From Heptranchias perlo (lineage: Eukaryota), in assembly GCF_035084215.1 (NCBI RefSeq), contig NC_090349.1:46562001-46626000 (forward strand): a DNA stretch of 64,000 nt, in the 5' to 3' direction. The position numbers and the translations under genes were made by a program. How positions within the stretch are numbered: position 1 is the first letter of the stretch; each line of letters begins with the position of its first letter. The notes under the pieces were generated by a model, which was given only the letters and a program-made list of their open reading frames with translations, searched no databases and was not told the origin of the DNA. Positions 48,863 through 61,493 of this stretch are shown here, in pieces.

Positions 48863-49224
48863 GTCAAATGGTTTACTGTCTTTAACCATGCTAAAAATTG
48901 TTATGCTTTGATCAAAATACAGTTTATTCTGACTGTGTAGCTTTTGAAGACAATTGCTGCCTGACTAACAGGTAACTAACTCTTCACTGCCACTTTGAAG
49001 GGGGAGTGGGCGACACTCTATCATTAAACTTCTGTCACAAGAAAATGTCAAAAATCAGGAGGCCAGTCGTGACCACATTCAGAAAAGTCGTGCTAAAGTC
49101 AATTAATATGCAATAAAAGGCAAATATAAAATCTACTTTATTTTTTATTTACAGGTCGAAGCATATTATTTGCTCATGGTAAGGGTAACCTTTTTTTAAA
49201 AATTATGAAAAGCTAGGAACAGTG

Positions 49225-49920
49225 ATGGTCCAAAGAGATTTAGCGGTCCATGTACACGAAAATGTACATGATCAGGTACAAAACAATCAAAAGGGCTAAT
49301 GGACTGTCAGCCTTTATATCTAGACAGCTAGAATATAAAGAGGTGGAAGTTCTGCAACAGCTATACAAAGCCCTAGTTAGACACCATTTAGAGTATTGTG
49401 CAAAGTTCTGGACACTGCACATTAGAAAGGATACATTGGCCTTGAAAAGAGTGCAGCGCAGATCCACCAGAATGTTACCAGGGCTCCATGGGTTGAATTA
49501 TGAGGAGATTTTACATAACCTAGGTTTGTATTCTGTGGAATGTAGAAGGTTAAGGGGTGATATGATTGAGGTTTTTAGGATTTTGAAAGGAAATGATAGG
49601 GTAGATAGAGAGACATTTTTTCCGCTGGTGGGGGAGTCTAGGACATAGGGACATAGTCTTAAAGTCAGAGGCAGACAATCGGGAGAGAAGTTAGGAAACA
49701 CTTCACGCAAAGGGTGGTAGAAGTGTGGAACACTCTCCCACAAAAAGCAGTAGATCTTGGCTCAATTAATAATTTTAAATCTGAGATGGATAGAATTTTG
49801 TTAGTCAAGGGTATTAAGGGATATGGAGCCCTTAAATGGTGTTAGGATTCAGATCAGCCATAATTTCATTGAATGGCGGAAAAGGCTCGAGGGGCTAAAT
49901 GGCTTCATGTTCCTATGTAA
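49225..49920 (+). mobile_element. CR1 3' fragment
   Basis: LYKALVRHHLEYCAKFW...RRLRGDMIEVFRILKG. Confidence 0.88.
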
Positions 49921-51705
49921 CAGCATACTGCAATGGTCGTACAAAGTGTGCACAAATACATGAAAACTTATACGGAACACACTGTATTTCAGATTCATTT
50001 TTATGATCAAATGCGCCAGAAAACTGGAACAAAATCATATGAATTGTCAAATTTATAGAAGTAAAAATCGTACCAGTCACAGTTTGGTATAAAAATCACA
50101 GGACGTCGCAGCCTTACCCATCATATTATCAAAGTCAACGTTACTTAGCCAGAGACAAATAGTGTTAGCAACATCCCACTAATTGTGACTGATCCAACAA
50201 ACTAGTAACGTTTTTCTGTCATTATATACCTCCTGCACACTGTTCTCTCAAACAGGACTCACCCCAATACACACATTATTGTTTTAGATTTTGTCAAGTA
50301 TATCAAATGATTTACACTACAGAGAAGCAACTTCTGTTAGCTACTGATCCTGCCTTTCAGTGATACTGCAGTTTAAAGTCTGGAGCTGCCTTGTCCCACA
50401 TGGAAAAACATAGGCAGCTCTAGAAATGAGGTCTTCAAAATGTTATTTTTGTTAACATGCCTCCTACAAGTTTTGCCACACATATTCCAATCCTAGCCCC
50501 TGAAATAAGTTTGAAATGATTTCTACCTGGAATCAGTTGGTGGGATTTTGACTCACCACTGAGAGAAATACCTGAAATTTCAAGTCGGTATCCATGCTTA
50601 ACCCAATGACTTTTAAAGCAAAATTTACATAAAAAAGGGCAAACTAAACCAAAGACTCTGTACATTGTAAAACATCTTCCATCCACTTTTGAAATCTATC
50701 AGCATCGCATGAATATATCAAAATATCATTTATTTAAAAATATAATGAAAGCCAGGCCTGTTGAGTGTTAACCAACTCATTTTAATTTAAAAGTACAAGC
50801 TTCTTGATGCAGTTGACATCATACATGATGTGTGCAACAACTTTCATTATGTTACATATCGGTTAACAACAACTTGCGTTTATATAGCTCCTTTAACATA
50901 GTAAAGGATCCCATGGCACTTCACACAAGTGTAACCAGGCAAAAATTGACACTGAGCCAAAGGAGACATTAAGACAGGTGACCAAATGCTTGGTCAAAGA
51001 GATAGGTTTTAAGCAACATCTTAAAAGGGGGAAGAGGGAGATGGAGATGGAATTCCAGATATTATGGACGGCTTATGGCACAATCGCCAATGGTGGGGCG
51101 AAGGAAGTCAGGGATGCATAAGAGGCAAGAGTTGGGGGAACGTAGAGCTCGCGGTGGGTTGTAGGGCTAGAGGTAACAGTTAAAATGCAGAAATTATTAG
51201 CAAAAAACAGGAACTGACTCAATGAGTTCTAAATAATGGAAACTGCAACTATGGCTAAAAATACACAAAGCTACAATAAGTTTCCTTTGAAGCAAATTGT
51301 AGATGGACCAATCACATACACTTCAAGACTAAAGTCAGAGCACTATCATAATACGACGAAACAATACAAATAGCAGTACAACCCAGGAAACATGTATGAT
51401 CTGTAAGAAGTTTATGGCAGGTAATCTGGCCCAAATTTGCACCAGAACATGTTTTTGCATATTATGCATTTACAAGAATTCCACAATTAAAATATGGGCC
51501 AAAGATGCATACAATATTGATGCTTCAATCCTCAGCTTCCTCTTCAATTCAATGAAGAGCATGAACTATTAGAAAAGTTACAATGTAGAATGGCAACTGA
51601 TTGCATAAATTCACATTCAAGATAAAGAAAGAAAAATACTATCTAAATGTTAACTAAAATGAATAACAATGCAAATACCAAATAAGATTAGGAAGCCATC
51701 TTTAC

Positions 51706-51837
51706 CTGCTGTATGCCACTGGATGACAGAGGCGACATCAAGCCAGTGTCAAGTGGGTCTGCATCGAAGAGGTCATTAGGGCTAATTCCACTTTCGCTCA
51801 AAGCAGCAAGTAGAAGATCTTGGCCTGGGTCTGTCAT
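51706..51837 (-). CDS. SBNO1: SBNO1 coding exon 1 (start codon)
   Basis: cag|ATG...CAG|gtaaag, 132 nt. Translates [44 protein letters not shown], matching the recalled SBNO1 N-terminus [25 protein letters not shown]. Confidence 0.95.
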
Positions 51838-54800
51838 CTGTAGATTAACAGTAGAATGTGTTACATTGGGATTTTTTTTTTAAAAAGCCTCCATTAGGCA
51901 TAGTAGGCCCACCCAAAAAATGACATTTACTGATTAGACAAAGTAAAAGTGACTGTTAAAAGCAGCAGCTTTGAATCCATATTCTGCAATTGCTTTAGTT
52001 TTTCTGCAGTCACAAGAGTACTGAAGTGGTCCGTACCCAAGATGGACAGCATTGGATGGGGTATAGCAATGGCAAAACTTCCTGGTGCACCATGTAGTGT
52101 AACTGTACTGCCATGGGAAAATGGAAAAATATTCCAGGTTCTCTTCTAGCAGCTGGATTAAGCACCATTATTGGAGGCCCGAAAGCAGGTTGATCACCTT
52201 CTCAACCAGATCTAGCACTGGAACAATGGCATCCCCAAACAAACGCTGCACCAGTCAGCAGGAATCAGGCCCAGCGTCCACAATCAACCAGCTCAGCTAA
52301 AACAATTGCTCAATGAAGAATATATATACTAGGGAAATTTTAGGAAACCACAAGGGCATTTGGTCCAACAAGCCTATTTCTTTTCAGTTCTCAACCCCAC
52401 CTTCCCACCATATCACTCAAACCCGTACTTTCCCAGAAAAAAAATCTAGTTCTTCTGTTGAATCCATTTATATTATTTGTAAGTTTAAACACATCTTCAA
52501 TAACTAAATCCAAGCGTGCCCCGCCCATTAATGATTGTCACAATTCATTTCCATATGCAGAGCTAGTCTTTTAATTTTAACTTGGTGATAGCTTTGCTGT
52601 CAAATTCAACCAACTTGCAATGAAATGTTAACCTCACTTAGAGTTTGTTTCCCAGGATATTGAGCTCCCAATTTCAGATTGGTACACTAAAAGCAAATTA
52701 AGCAAAGAACAGAGCAGGTTATCTACTCACAACTGAGGAGAAGAGGTGCCAATGACAGCACAGGTTTTTAAATTAAAATTTTAATGACATTGCAGTTCCA
52801 AACCAATGTGCTTTTTTGTTAAGACCAAAATGGAAATGTTTCTTTAAAATTAAAGTGAACTTGTAAAGTGAGTTGAGGCATAATTTCCTTTAATCTAAAT
52901 CACTTTGTGAAATATATTCAATGCAACTTCAATTAAAGTAAATCTAACAACCAAACTACTGTGTAAATGCACTTCATCCACACCAATTGGCATAGATCCC
53001 TCCCAACAAATTTGTTATTAATAAAGGATACCAACAGAACACGTTACAAAAAGTTCAGAGGAAAGGTGTGTGTGAAACTTAGCCGTTTATTACTCAAAAA
53101 AATGAGCAGTCTCCTAATCTCTCGGCCATCAATTCAGAAAACTCCAAAATGTAAACTGAACCACAAAATCAAGGGGGGCATTCCTCACAAACCACAATAA
53201 AGGATATAATTCCATCCACAACACAAAAGAATTGGGGCATATCCATGGAAAAAGAGACAATGGGAGAAATCTCTCGAGATAGACGCGTGCCCCAATGACA
53301 GGCAGAGCAAAGCCATGATACAGTACATCCAAATAGGCTGCTCCTGATCATATTTTGTTGAGCATAGTTGAACTGAGTTGCGTTGATCAGAATTCAACAT
53401 ACTTCTATTGTGGCGTTATAATTAAATTTGCTTGGAAGCTTTTTATTTTGCGAAGGAGAGCGACACACACCGAGAAAATAATAGTTGGTCACCCTTCAAT
53501 CAAAAACCATTAGTAGGTATGACAGCCCAAGGGATCTTAGCTGGTGGACCAGCAAACCAGAAGTCACGACTTCAAATCCCACTATGGCAAGTTATGAAAA
53601 CTGCCAGATTGTCAGAAAAACCCAATTGGAACCTTAAGGGACGTACTTGCCACCCTTACCCAGTCTGGCCTACACCGACTCCAGTCTCACATTACGTAGC
53701 TTAATACCGGCAGGACAAGTAAGGATGGGCAATACTGGCTCGCAAGTTTCATCCACATCTCTAACAAAAATAATGTATAGCCCCCCAGACAGCCAAATTA
53801 ACAAAAAATGAAGCTGATTCTATTTGGAAGTATTAACTTTCCTATGTGCAAAACTTGAAAACAGCCACTTTTCAAAAAACATTTGAATACATAATCTTAA
53901 AATCTAGATGATGGAATAGCAAGTTAAAAAGCATCCTGTTGAGATAACATCTACACTGTAACCAGAGATATTCAAGGATCTGAACATAACATAACTGGAA
54001 TCTGCCCAGATATTTAAATCCATAAACACTCCAACTGCTCAAATAATAATCTGAAATAAGTGCTCCACTGTCCATAAATGGCGTGGTCCCTTTGAAAATT
54101 GTTATGAATCACGAAAAACATTTTGTCCACGTGTTGAGCACAAGGTCACCAGTAATTGAGGTTTTGCAGACCTCCCCTCTTTACCCCCGCATTAGAAGAG
54201 GAGTTTTCAATAAAACACCAGTTTCTCTCACTTGTACTTTCCCATCAGAAACTAATCAGAACCACAAAACTGGTAATTCGGAATACCGTCTAAAGCAAAC
54301 AGACCTAAAGGGTCAAAGTAAACCTTCAAACTCTTTCCCACGCCGCCTTCGCCCCATTCCACACCCACGCGTTTTAAAAGTCACACACAATTATCTTATT
54401 AAACCAGGGTGTTTATTTTTCTCTGCCTGGGGTGAATTATACACACGGGGATTTAAAGCTTAGTTCATGGGCCATCCTATAAAAAGTAGACTGAAACATG
54501 TCAACAACCCTCACGTTTTTGTTTTGAGAGAGAGGACTCCTTACATTTAATTAGAAAAAAAAACACAGAAAAAGTTTCAACTTTTGTGGTTCCCCCAAGC
54601 CACTTAGTCCCCCTCCTGAGCAAACACTCAGCTCCACCCGTACCCTCCTTCGGGTTCGGGTAACTTTGTTTACAGCCCTCGCTGCCCAATTCTGGAACCC
54701 TGGCCGTTCATACAAAGATAGACATTCTCAGGACGGTTAAACTATTAAACGCGCGACCGTCCCAGAGTGTGGAGAGTGGGGGGGGGGGGGGGGATAAAGT

Positions 54801-55377
54801 AGATCCTACTTAAATTGGGTGGGGGCTGGGGAAGGAGAATAAATTAATACAAAGGGGAGGGGGAAGATCATTTAAAGAAAGTGAAACCGTAACCTTCTAC
54901 TTATAACACGTGCTCACTACAAACTTCCGGGTTGTTTTGTGGCTGCGTAATGGTGGTTAGAGGGAAGCGTGGTCGAAACTGGGAGACTTCGGGCAACCGA
55001 GAACAGGAAGGGGGGAGAAACTGGAATAAAATAAACCGATCGCAACCCACTCACACGAAGGGTGGAGTTCCAATAGAACCAGGCCCAGAGCCTCACGCCG
55101 AGTACTGACCTAAAATCGACATTTACAAAAAAATTTATACGTAAATAAAAACAAAAAAAAAAGACCCCGCGCACCCCGCCCGGGACCGCACGATGACAAA
55201 TAAAAAATCCCGAGCCGACCGAGCGGCGCCTTGCGCTCCGTCAGGAGAGGGAAGCGAAAAACGGCCTTTTTCCTCATGATTTTTACTTCAGACTCGCGCT
55301 AATTCCCCTCCTGTCGGTGTCCCGGTGGGTTTAGGTACAATTCGGTGCCGGGAAAAGAAAGCGGCCGTGACACTTAC

Positions 55378-55480
55378 AGCTCCGCTGAGGCGAGGACACA
55401 GTGCGCGCAGGATCCGCTCGGCCGCCCGCCCGTCGCTCTCTAGCCAGTCGCCGCCATGTCAGCCGCCATCTCCCATCACG
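55378..55480 (-). other. SBNO1: SBNO1 exon 1 (non-coding 5' UTR; TSS approximate)
   Basis: GC-rich segment in the CpG island ending at a strong donor GCT|GTAAGTG (rc of cacttac 55371-55377). It would splice to the exon that begins exactly with the ATG at 51837. Confidence 0.7.
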
Positions 55481-56175
55481 TGACCCCCGGCCGAGCGCTT
55501 CCCCCAACGGTCCGCTCGGGCTCCGGGCTGCTGACGGTTTCAGCCAGACGCGGTGCCACCGGAATCAGACAAACGCGTAAAAAAGTTAAAAGATGTGGCA
55601 TAATTTTGTTGAATTTACGTTTTCTAAATCTCCCCAAATCACCGGCGGCAATTCCCGGTCACGTGACCGTCCCCGATTGCCAAGGCAGCGAGTCGCCCAC
55701 TGCGGCCAATCCTCGCCCGCCTTGACGTCAGCGTGGCCAATAGAAAACGAGCGCGTAATTCAAAAATCACCGGGGCCGTTGGGATCAGCCTAACTTGCTG
55801 GCAAGGGGAGTGGGCGGGGACACCCGTGATTGACGGCTCGGCCGGCCAACGGGCATTGAATATCCGGAGCGGCGGCGGGCGCTGCCAGCTAGCTATGTCC
55901 AATCAGAGGCGGCCTGAGGCGGGCCTTTTTGTGCGGATAACAATTTTTTTATTAAGGGAAGGTATTAAGTTAGGGTGAGGGACAGAGCGGCCATTTAAAT
56001 TGATGAAGGTTTTGGGCGCTCAGACTATAAGGGGTTGAAAAATTGTGTGTTCTTCAAACCGGAGTTGAATTTGTAGCTTTTTATTTGCTATTCCTTTGGT
56101 AAATTATTTGCAGTAGAAATGGGTAAAAAGAATATTTGTTATTTTATGTAATTTCTGTTGCCGTTATATGTGACC

Positions 56176-56192
56176 GGCGCCATCTGGTGGCC
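56176..56192 (-). promoter_or_regulatory. CTCF consensus site
   Basis: Reverse complement reads GGCCACCAGATGGCGCC, a near-perfect CTCF core. Confidence 0.7.
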
Positions 56193-56407
56193 GACGGGCG
56201 GCGCTGCAGCTTGTTCGCTTTTTAAAAAAGTGTTTGTTGTTTCGAGTAAATACGGTAATTTTCAAAATGGCGGAGCCGTTGCGCTAGTAGGCCCCGGACC
56301 AGCTTCCCGGCAGGAAAGCGAGCCGCCCCTCCCCTCCCCGCCCCGCCCGGTGTTACTGCGCTCCTTCACAATGCGGTGAGCTTTCTCAACATGTTTTAAT
56401 CCTTCAG

Positions 56408-56499
56408 GGAAAACCAAGGCCGCGGCTCCAAGGCCGGAGAAAAAAAGCGGCGGAGGCAAGGCCGCGGCGGCGAAGGAGAACCAGCGGGCCATGAACGAG
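56408..56499 (+). CDS. KMT5A: KMT5A (SETD8/PR-Set7) N-terminal coding exon; start codon and upstream exon unresolved
   Basis: ttcag|GG AAA...GAG|gtacgt, 92 nt. Reads (G)KTKAAAPRPEKKSGGGKAAAAKENQRAMNE, in frame with the next exon. Confidence 0.65.
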
Positions 56500-58146
56500 G
56501 TACGTGTGGCGGGGGGCGGGGGGCGGGGGGGGGGGGGGGGAAGGGAGGCCCGGCACCCGAGGCCCGTCACCGAACCCCCGGGCTTCTCGCTTCATTTAAA
56601 GCCCTGGGTGTTGAACGCACCGTTTCCTCGCTCCCCTGAATGAGGAGAGGCCGATAAACAATAAATAAATAAATAAATTTAACTTTCTATTTAATGATAC
56701 TTATTTTAAAAAGCATTTAATGTGAACCGAGGGTGAGCGATTTACAAGCTGCTGTGTCTCAGGTGATTGACATTATTTGACTATTATTGCTGCTTTTAAA
56801 CTTTTTTAAAAAGGGTGCAGTTATTAATCATAATTAAAAACAAAAGAATCATAAAACCAGCGTTAAAAGCATAAATATAATTGGTCATCTTCAAGAAGAG
56901 TTGAGTTTGTAAAATTAACTTTTAAAATAATGAAGTTTTACTTCTGATATTTTGCCCCTTTTTGAAGAAGATTTCTGGGGTTGGCATTTATCGCCCGTCT
57001 GCTGATTGCCCTGCGAATGGTGGCGGTGGGGACCACCACCTCGACCTGCTACAAGCGCCCGCCTGTCACTGCGGCCGAGCTCCCTCGGCCCACAGCCAGG
57101 CTGCTGCTTTGCTGCATGGGGTGTGGGCTCGGAGTGGGATGAGCTGCCCCGTCAGCTTCTTCCCTTCCTTCTCCAGCAGGAGCGTCTCGCCATCACAATG
57201 CAGGACACCCCATGACAGCTCTCTCTTCCCGACCTCTGCCCAGTCCCTTAGTTCAGTTCATGCCCCCAGGCAAGTGATTTTGTTTTATACTGAAATTACA
57301 TCGATTTAAGCATCAAGGAGTGCTGTTGATTTTTGTCTGATTGCACTTCTGTGGGGTTTCTTTTTCTGTTAAAGGTGACGTAGTTGTTAAAATGACAGGC
57401 AGATACAAGTAAGAAAGTTATTTTTGAGTTGTAAAGCATGTTAGTTGGGAGGAGAATCCGGTATTCAATTACTTACAAATGCTCATATCACGGAAGTTTC
57501 CTCACCACCTCAAAGTAGCTTAATAACTGAGTAGTTTTTGGTTATTTCATATTTCTTTCATGGAAAAATATGGGAATGTGTACAGTGTGAGTTTTAAATG
57601 CAGAATTACTGGGGCAGATTAGCATTTAAACTCTTGGAATACAAATTCATTACTTCTGGGCTAAAATACTAGTTAAAGCAAAAAACCCAGCTCTTGGATT
57701 CTCCACTTCCCATTGATAGTTCATGGCACAGTACTTTCTGCTTCATTCTTTGGGCTGCAAAAATTATAAATGCTCATTAAAATTCACTTTTTTGGTGTTT
57801 TAAAATGGGATGTCCCACCTAGCCATGTGTGGTAACTCCTCCATACCCTAGTAACCAAGTCTGATCTTTGCTTGTTTACAAACAACGATGCCTATCGGCT
57901 GTGACTTTCATGTTCCAACCAATATCTAATTGATCAAGATGGTCATTTAGTCGGCCTTAGTGGGCATTTAGCTCATTGTTATTTGGGAGACCTTGCATGC
58001 AAATTATCTGTCACGTTTGCCCACATGAAAGCATTTAAAAGTAATTTGTTGGCTGTAAAGCACTTTGGGACGACCTGAGGACATGAAAGGCGCTATGACT
58101 GCAGACTCTTTCCCTTTCTTCCTAACCAATGTATGTGTTTCAACAG

Positions 58147-58309
58147 GAGAATGTGCACGCTAAATCAAAGATCCTTCATCGCTTGAGCCCTGCAAAAACC
58201 CCTGCTCCTCGTGCCCCACTTCAAGATGAAAACTCTGTTGCTTCAAATAATCAAATGAAGTCCCAAGTCAAATGTACTGTAAAATGTGAAATGCAGAAAG
58301 AGGAAGGAG
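58147..58309 (+). CDS. KMT5A: KMT5A coding exon (SP site and D-box region)
   Basis: cag|GAG...GGA G|gtacgt, 163 nt. ENVHAKSKILHRLSPAKTPAPRAPLQDENSV..., homologous to recalled human ENVFTGQSKIYSYMSPNKCSGMRFPLQEENSV. Confidence 0.9.
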
Positions 58310-58574
58310 GTACGTGAGGTTAACAGCTGCGGATGATTCAGGAGTGTTTCTGTAAAGAAAGCAAACACAGCTGTTGTTTCAAAAATGCCTTGTTTTTAAT
58401 TTACTGTAAAGCTATAATGGTTGTTGCAGGACATCAAAGCCAGTGTTGCTTAGTGGGGCTAATAATTACAGATACACTATATAAATACTGAAATAAATAG
58501 CATGGACGACTTAAATTGGGATCTGGGCAATCGTTGAAGTCAGGATGCTGTTGGGAGTGGGAGATGTTAGCCAG

Positions 58575-59805
58575 GACCACTTGGCTCCAGACCTCATTAC
58601 AGACTTGGTCCAAACATGGACAAAAGAGCTGAATTCCAGAGGTGAGATGAGAGTGACTGCCCTTGACATCAAGGCAGCGTTTGACTGAGTGTGGCACCAA
58701 GGAGCCCTAGTAAAATTGAAGTCAATGGGAATCGGGGAAAACTCTCCAGTGGCTGGAGTCATACCTAGCACAAAGGAAGATGGTCGTGGTTGTTGGAGGC
58801 CAATCATCTCAGCCCCAGGGCATTGTTGCAGGAGTTCCTTAGGGCAGTGTCCAAGACCCAGCCATCTTCAGCTGCTTCATCAATAATCTTCCCTCCATCA
58901 TAAGGTCAGAACTGGGGATGTTCGCTGATGATTGCACAGTGTTCAGTTCCATTCGCAACCCCTCAAATAATGAAGCAGTCCGAGCCCGCATGCAGCAAGA
59001 CCTGGACAACATCCAGGCTTGGGCTCATAAGTGGCAAGTAACATTCGCGCCAGGCAATCACCATCTCCAACAAGAGAGTCTAACTACCTCCCCTTGACAT
59101 TCAACGGCATTACCATCACCAAATCCCCCCACCATCAACATCCCGGGGGTCACCATTGACCAGAAACTTAACTGGACCAGCCATATAAATACTGTGGCTA
59201 CAAAAGCAGGTCAGAGGCTGGGTATTCTGCGGCAAGTGACTCACCTCCTGACTCCCCAAAGCCTTTCCACCATCTACAAGGCACAAGTCAGGAGTGTGAT
59301 GGAATACTGTCCACTTACCTGGATGAGTGCAGCTCCAACAACACTCAAGAAGCTCAAAACCATCAAGGACAAAGCAGCCCGCTTGATTGGCACCCCGTCC
59401 ACCACCCTAAACATTCACTCCCTTCATCACCGGCACACAGTGGCTGCAGTGTGTACCATCCACAGGATGCACTGCAGCAACTCGCCAAGGCTTCTTCAAC
59501 TGCACTTCCCAAACCCGCAACCTCTACCACGTAGAAGGACGAGCAGCAGATACATGGGAACAACACCACCTGCACGTTCCCCTCCAAGTCACACACCATC
59601 CCGACTTGGAAATATATTGCCGTTCCTTCATCGTCACTGGGTCAAAATCCTGGAACTCCCTTCTTAACAGCACTGTGGGAGAACTGTCACCACACGGACT
59701 GCAGTGGTTCAAGAAGGCAGCTCACCACCACCTTCTCAAGGGCAATTAGGGATGGGCAATAATTGCCGGCCTCGCCAACGATGCCCACATCCCATGAACG
59801 AATTT
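58575..59805 (+). mobile_element. Non-LTR LINE RT fragment (second family) in a KMT5A intron
   Basis: ALDIKAAFD, GVP.GSV, MFADD, YKAQVRSVMEYCPLTW; 3' stem-loop tail. Confidence 0.88.
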
Positions 59806-60179
59806 TTAAAAAAAGCTTTCTATCACGACAGATGTAATGTCATTATTCTGATTTATTCTGAGTTGAATGAAGAAGACTTAAGTTGCGTGGCCTATAGTTT
59901 TGCCTGCTGCGTACTCTGCAGTGATGGTGCATTAATAATGGTCTGAGACTGGTTGCTGAGCGTGGCTTTCAGCCAGGCCTGCCTTGTGTATGCTGCTTGG
60001 CTTGAACTGCAATTCTCCTGCGTGGGAGAGAGCTCCAGTTTAAAATTCAAACATCCCGACAGTGAGAGCCTGAACTCTAACCACTTAAATAAATCTGTTC
60101 CAACTTGATTTTAAAAGTGCCTGGGAGATCCAAAGAGCTCTACAGCATTTTGAAACCCAGTTCAAACCCAAGTGGAAGA

Positions 60180-60520
60180 TCGGAAAAGGAGTGGGCCATT
60201 CAGCCCCTCAAGCCTGTTCCGCCTTTCAATTAGATCCTGGCTGATCTGTATCTCAACTCTATATCCCTTGATTTCCTTACCTAACAAAAATCTATTACTC
60301 TCAGTATTAAAAGCTCCAATTGACCCCCAGTATCCATAGGAGAGAGTTCCAGATTTCCACTACCTTTTGTCTGGAAAAATGCTTCCTGTTTTCATTCTTG
60401 AATGGCCTAGTTCTAATTTTTAAGATTGCGCCATCTTGACCTCAATTCCTCCTCCAGAGGAAATAGTTTCTCTGTATCTACCCTGTCAAATCCTTTTATG
60501 ATATTAAAGAGCTCAATTAG
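60180..60520 (-). mobile_element. CR1 3' fragment
   Basis: Similar to 360-740. Confidence 0.75.
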
Positions 60521-61493
60521 TGGTTTTGTGCGACTTCTCTCCAGAGTTGGGTTAGGCTTTGGCTCCAGTTATACTGTAACATGAGCTCCTCAAGGAAGTG
60601 GAACAACTTTGGAGCAGTGCTAAACAGAAATAGTACGCCATACATTCCTCATCTTAGTAAAGTACTTCACAGTCAAATACCCAACTGTGTTCCTTAACAT
60701 AACCGTGTAGGATTTGTGAGTAGGCTTATCGGGCAGATTTCCAGCTGGTTATCTGTCCACCTATTCACACACTTATTTATTCCAACAAGACTCCACTGGC
60801 TGATGGTGTATCAGACTGGAGCAGGGACACAGTGATTCATGGCGATAAACTGGTGACCGTGGTCTGTTGTGGGGGAGGGGAGGGCTGGAGGTAGACTTTG
60901 TTACCTCTACCTTGTGTTGGTTAATGATTTGTACGAGCTTGGAGATATACATCTCGGTGTAACCTCACCTATTAAAACTTACACTAACTGCTTCAGAAGT
61001 TCTCCAGACACAGCAAGGACTGAGGGAAGTTACAAAGTTACCGGCTTCGTCCTAGAAGTGACTTTAGATTTAGCCTTTTGCAACGAGAAGAAATTAGCCA
61101 AAAGAAGTGTAGTTTCTGCTTTCTATGTTTGTTCTGATATTTTGGAATTTTTCTTTCACCATTTACTTTCCTCACTCAATCCAAGAACTGTTGAGAAATA
61201 ATAACTAGGATTTGAATGATAACTGAGACTTTGCTTGTGTTTCAATTTCTAACGTCTGTGCTAAACGTTGGGGCCACTAACCAGAGTCACTATTCCTGGA
61301 AATAGTAATTCTAGGTTAGGTTTAGTCTCGTCTCTTTCCCATTTTAGTCATAGTCTTGATAAGAGATTTGGTCCTTATCTTAGTTCTGCTGACAAAAACA
61401 TACAGCTGATTACTGAGAGCAAAACTGTGCATTTTGAATTGGTCCTTTAATTTATTTAGGCTTGTAATTTTAATAAATCTGTTGTTTTTGCAG

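Larger units (their letters stand above)
55150..56620. promoter_or_regulatory. CpG-island bidirectional promoter shared by SBNO1 (-) and KMT5A (+)
   Basis: High GC and CpG in an otherwise CpG-poor window. E-boxes TCACGTGA 55476-55483 and CGGTCACGTGACCG 55656-55669, CRE TGACGTCA 55723-55730, CCAAT at 55706, 55737 and 55899, GC box at 55812, YY1-type ATGGCGG motifs facing each gene (55451-55470 on -, 56264-56273 on +). Confidence 0.85.

Noticed and set aside
340-49920. Possible sense-orientation bias of CR1 copies within SBNO1
   Set aside because: A rough count of 11 sense versus 7 antisense is not a meaningful skew.
55929-55945. ttgtgcggataacaatt resembles the E. coli lac operator
   Set aside because: Only 13 bp match exactly, it lacks the AG of TGTGAGCGG and there is no flanking vector sequence; a chance match inside the promoter.
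56507-56549. G-rich run after the KMT5A donor (possible G-quadruplex)
   Set aside because: Common at vertebrate first introns, and homopolymer lengths are unreliable; no specific support.
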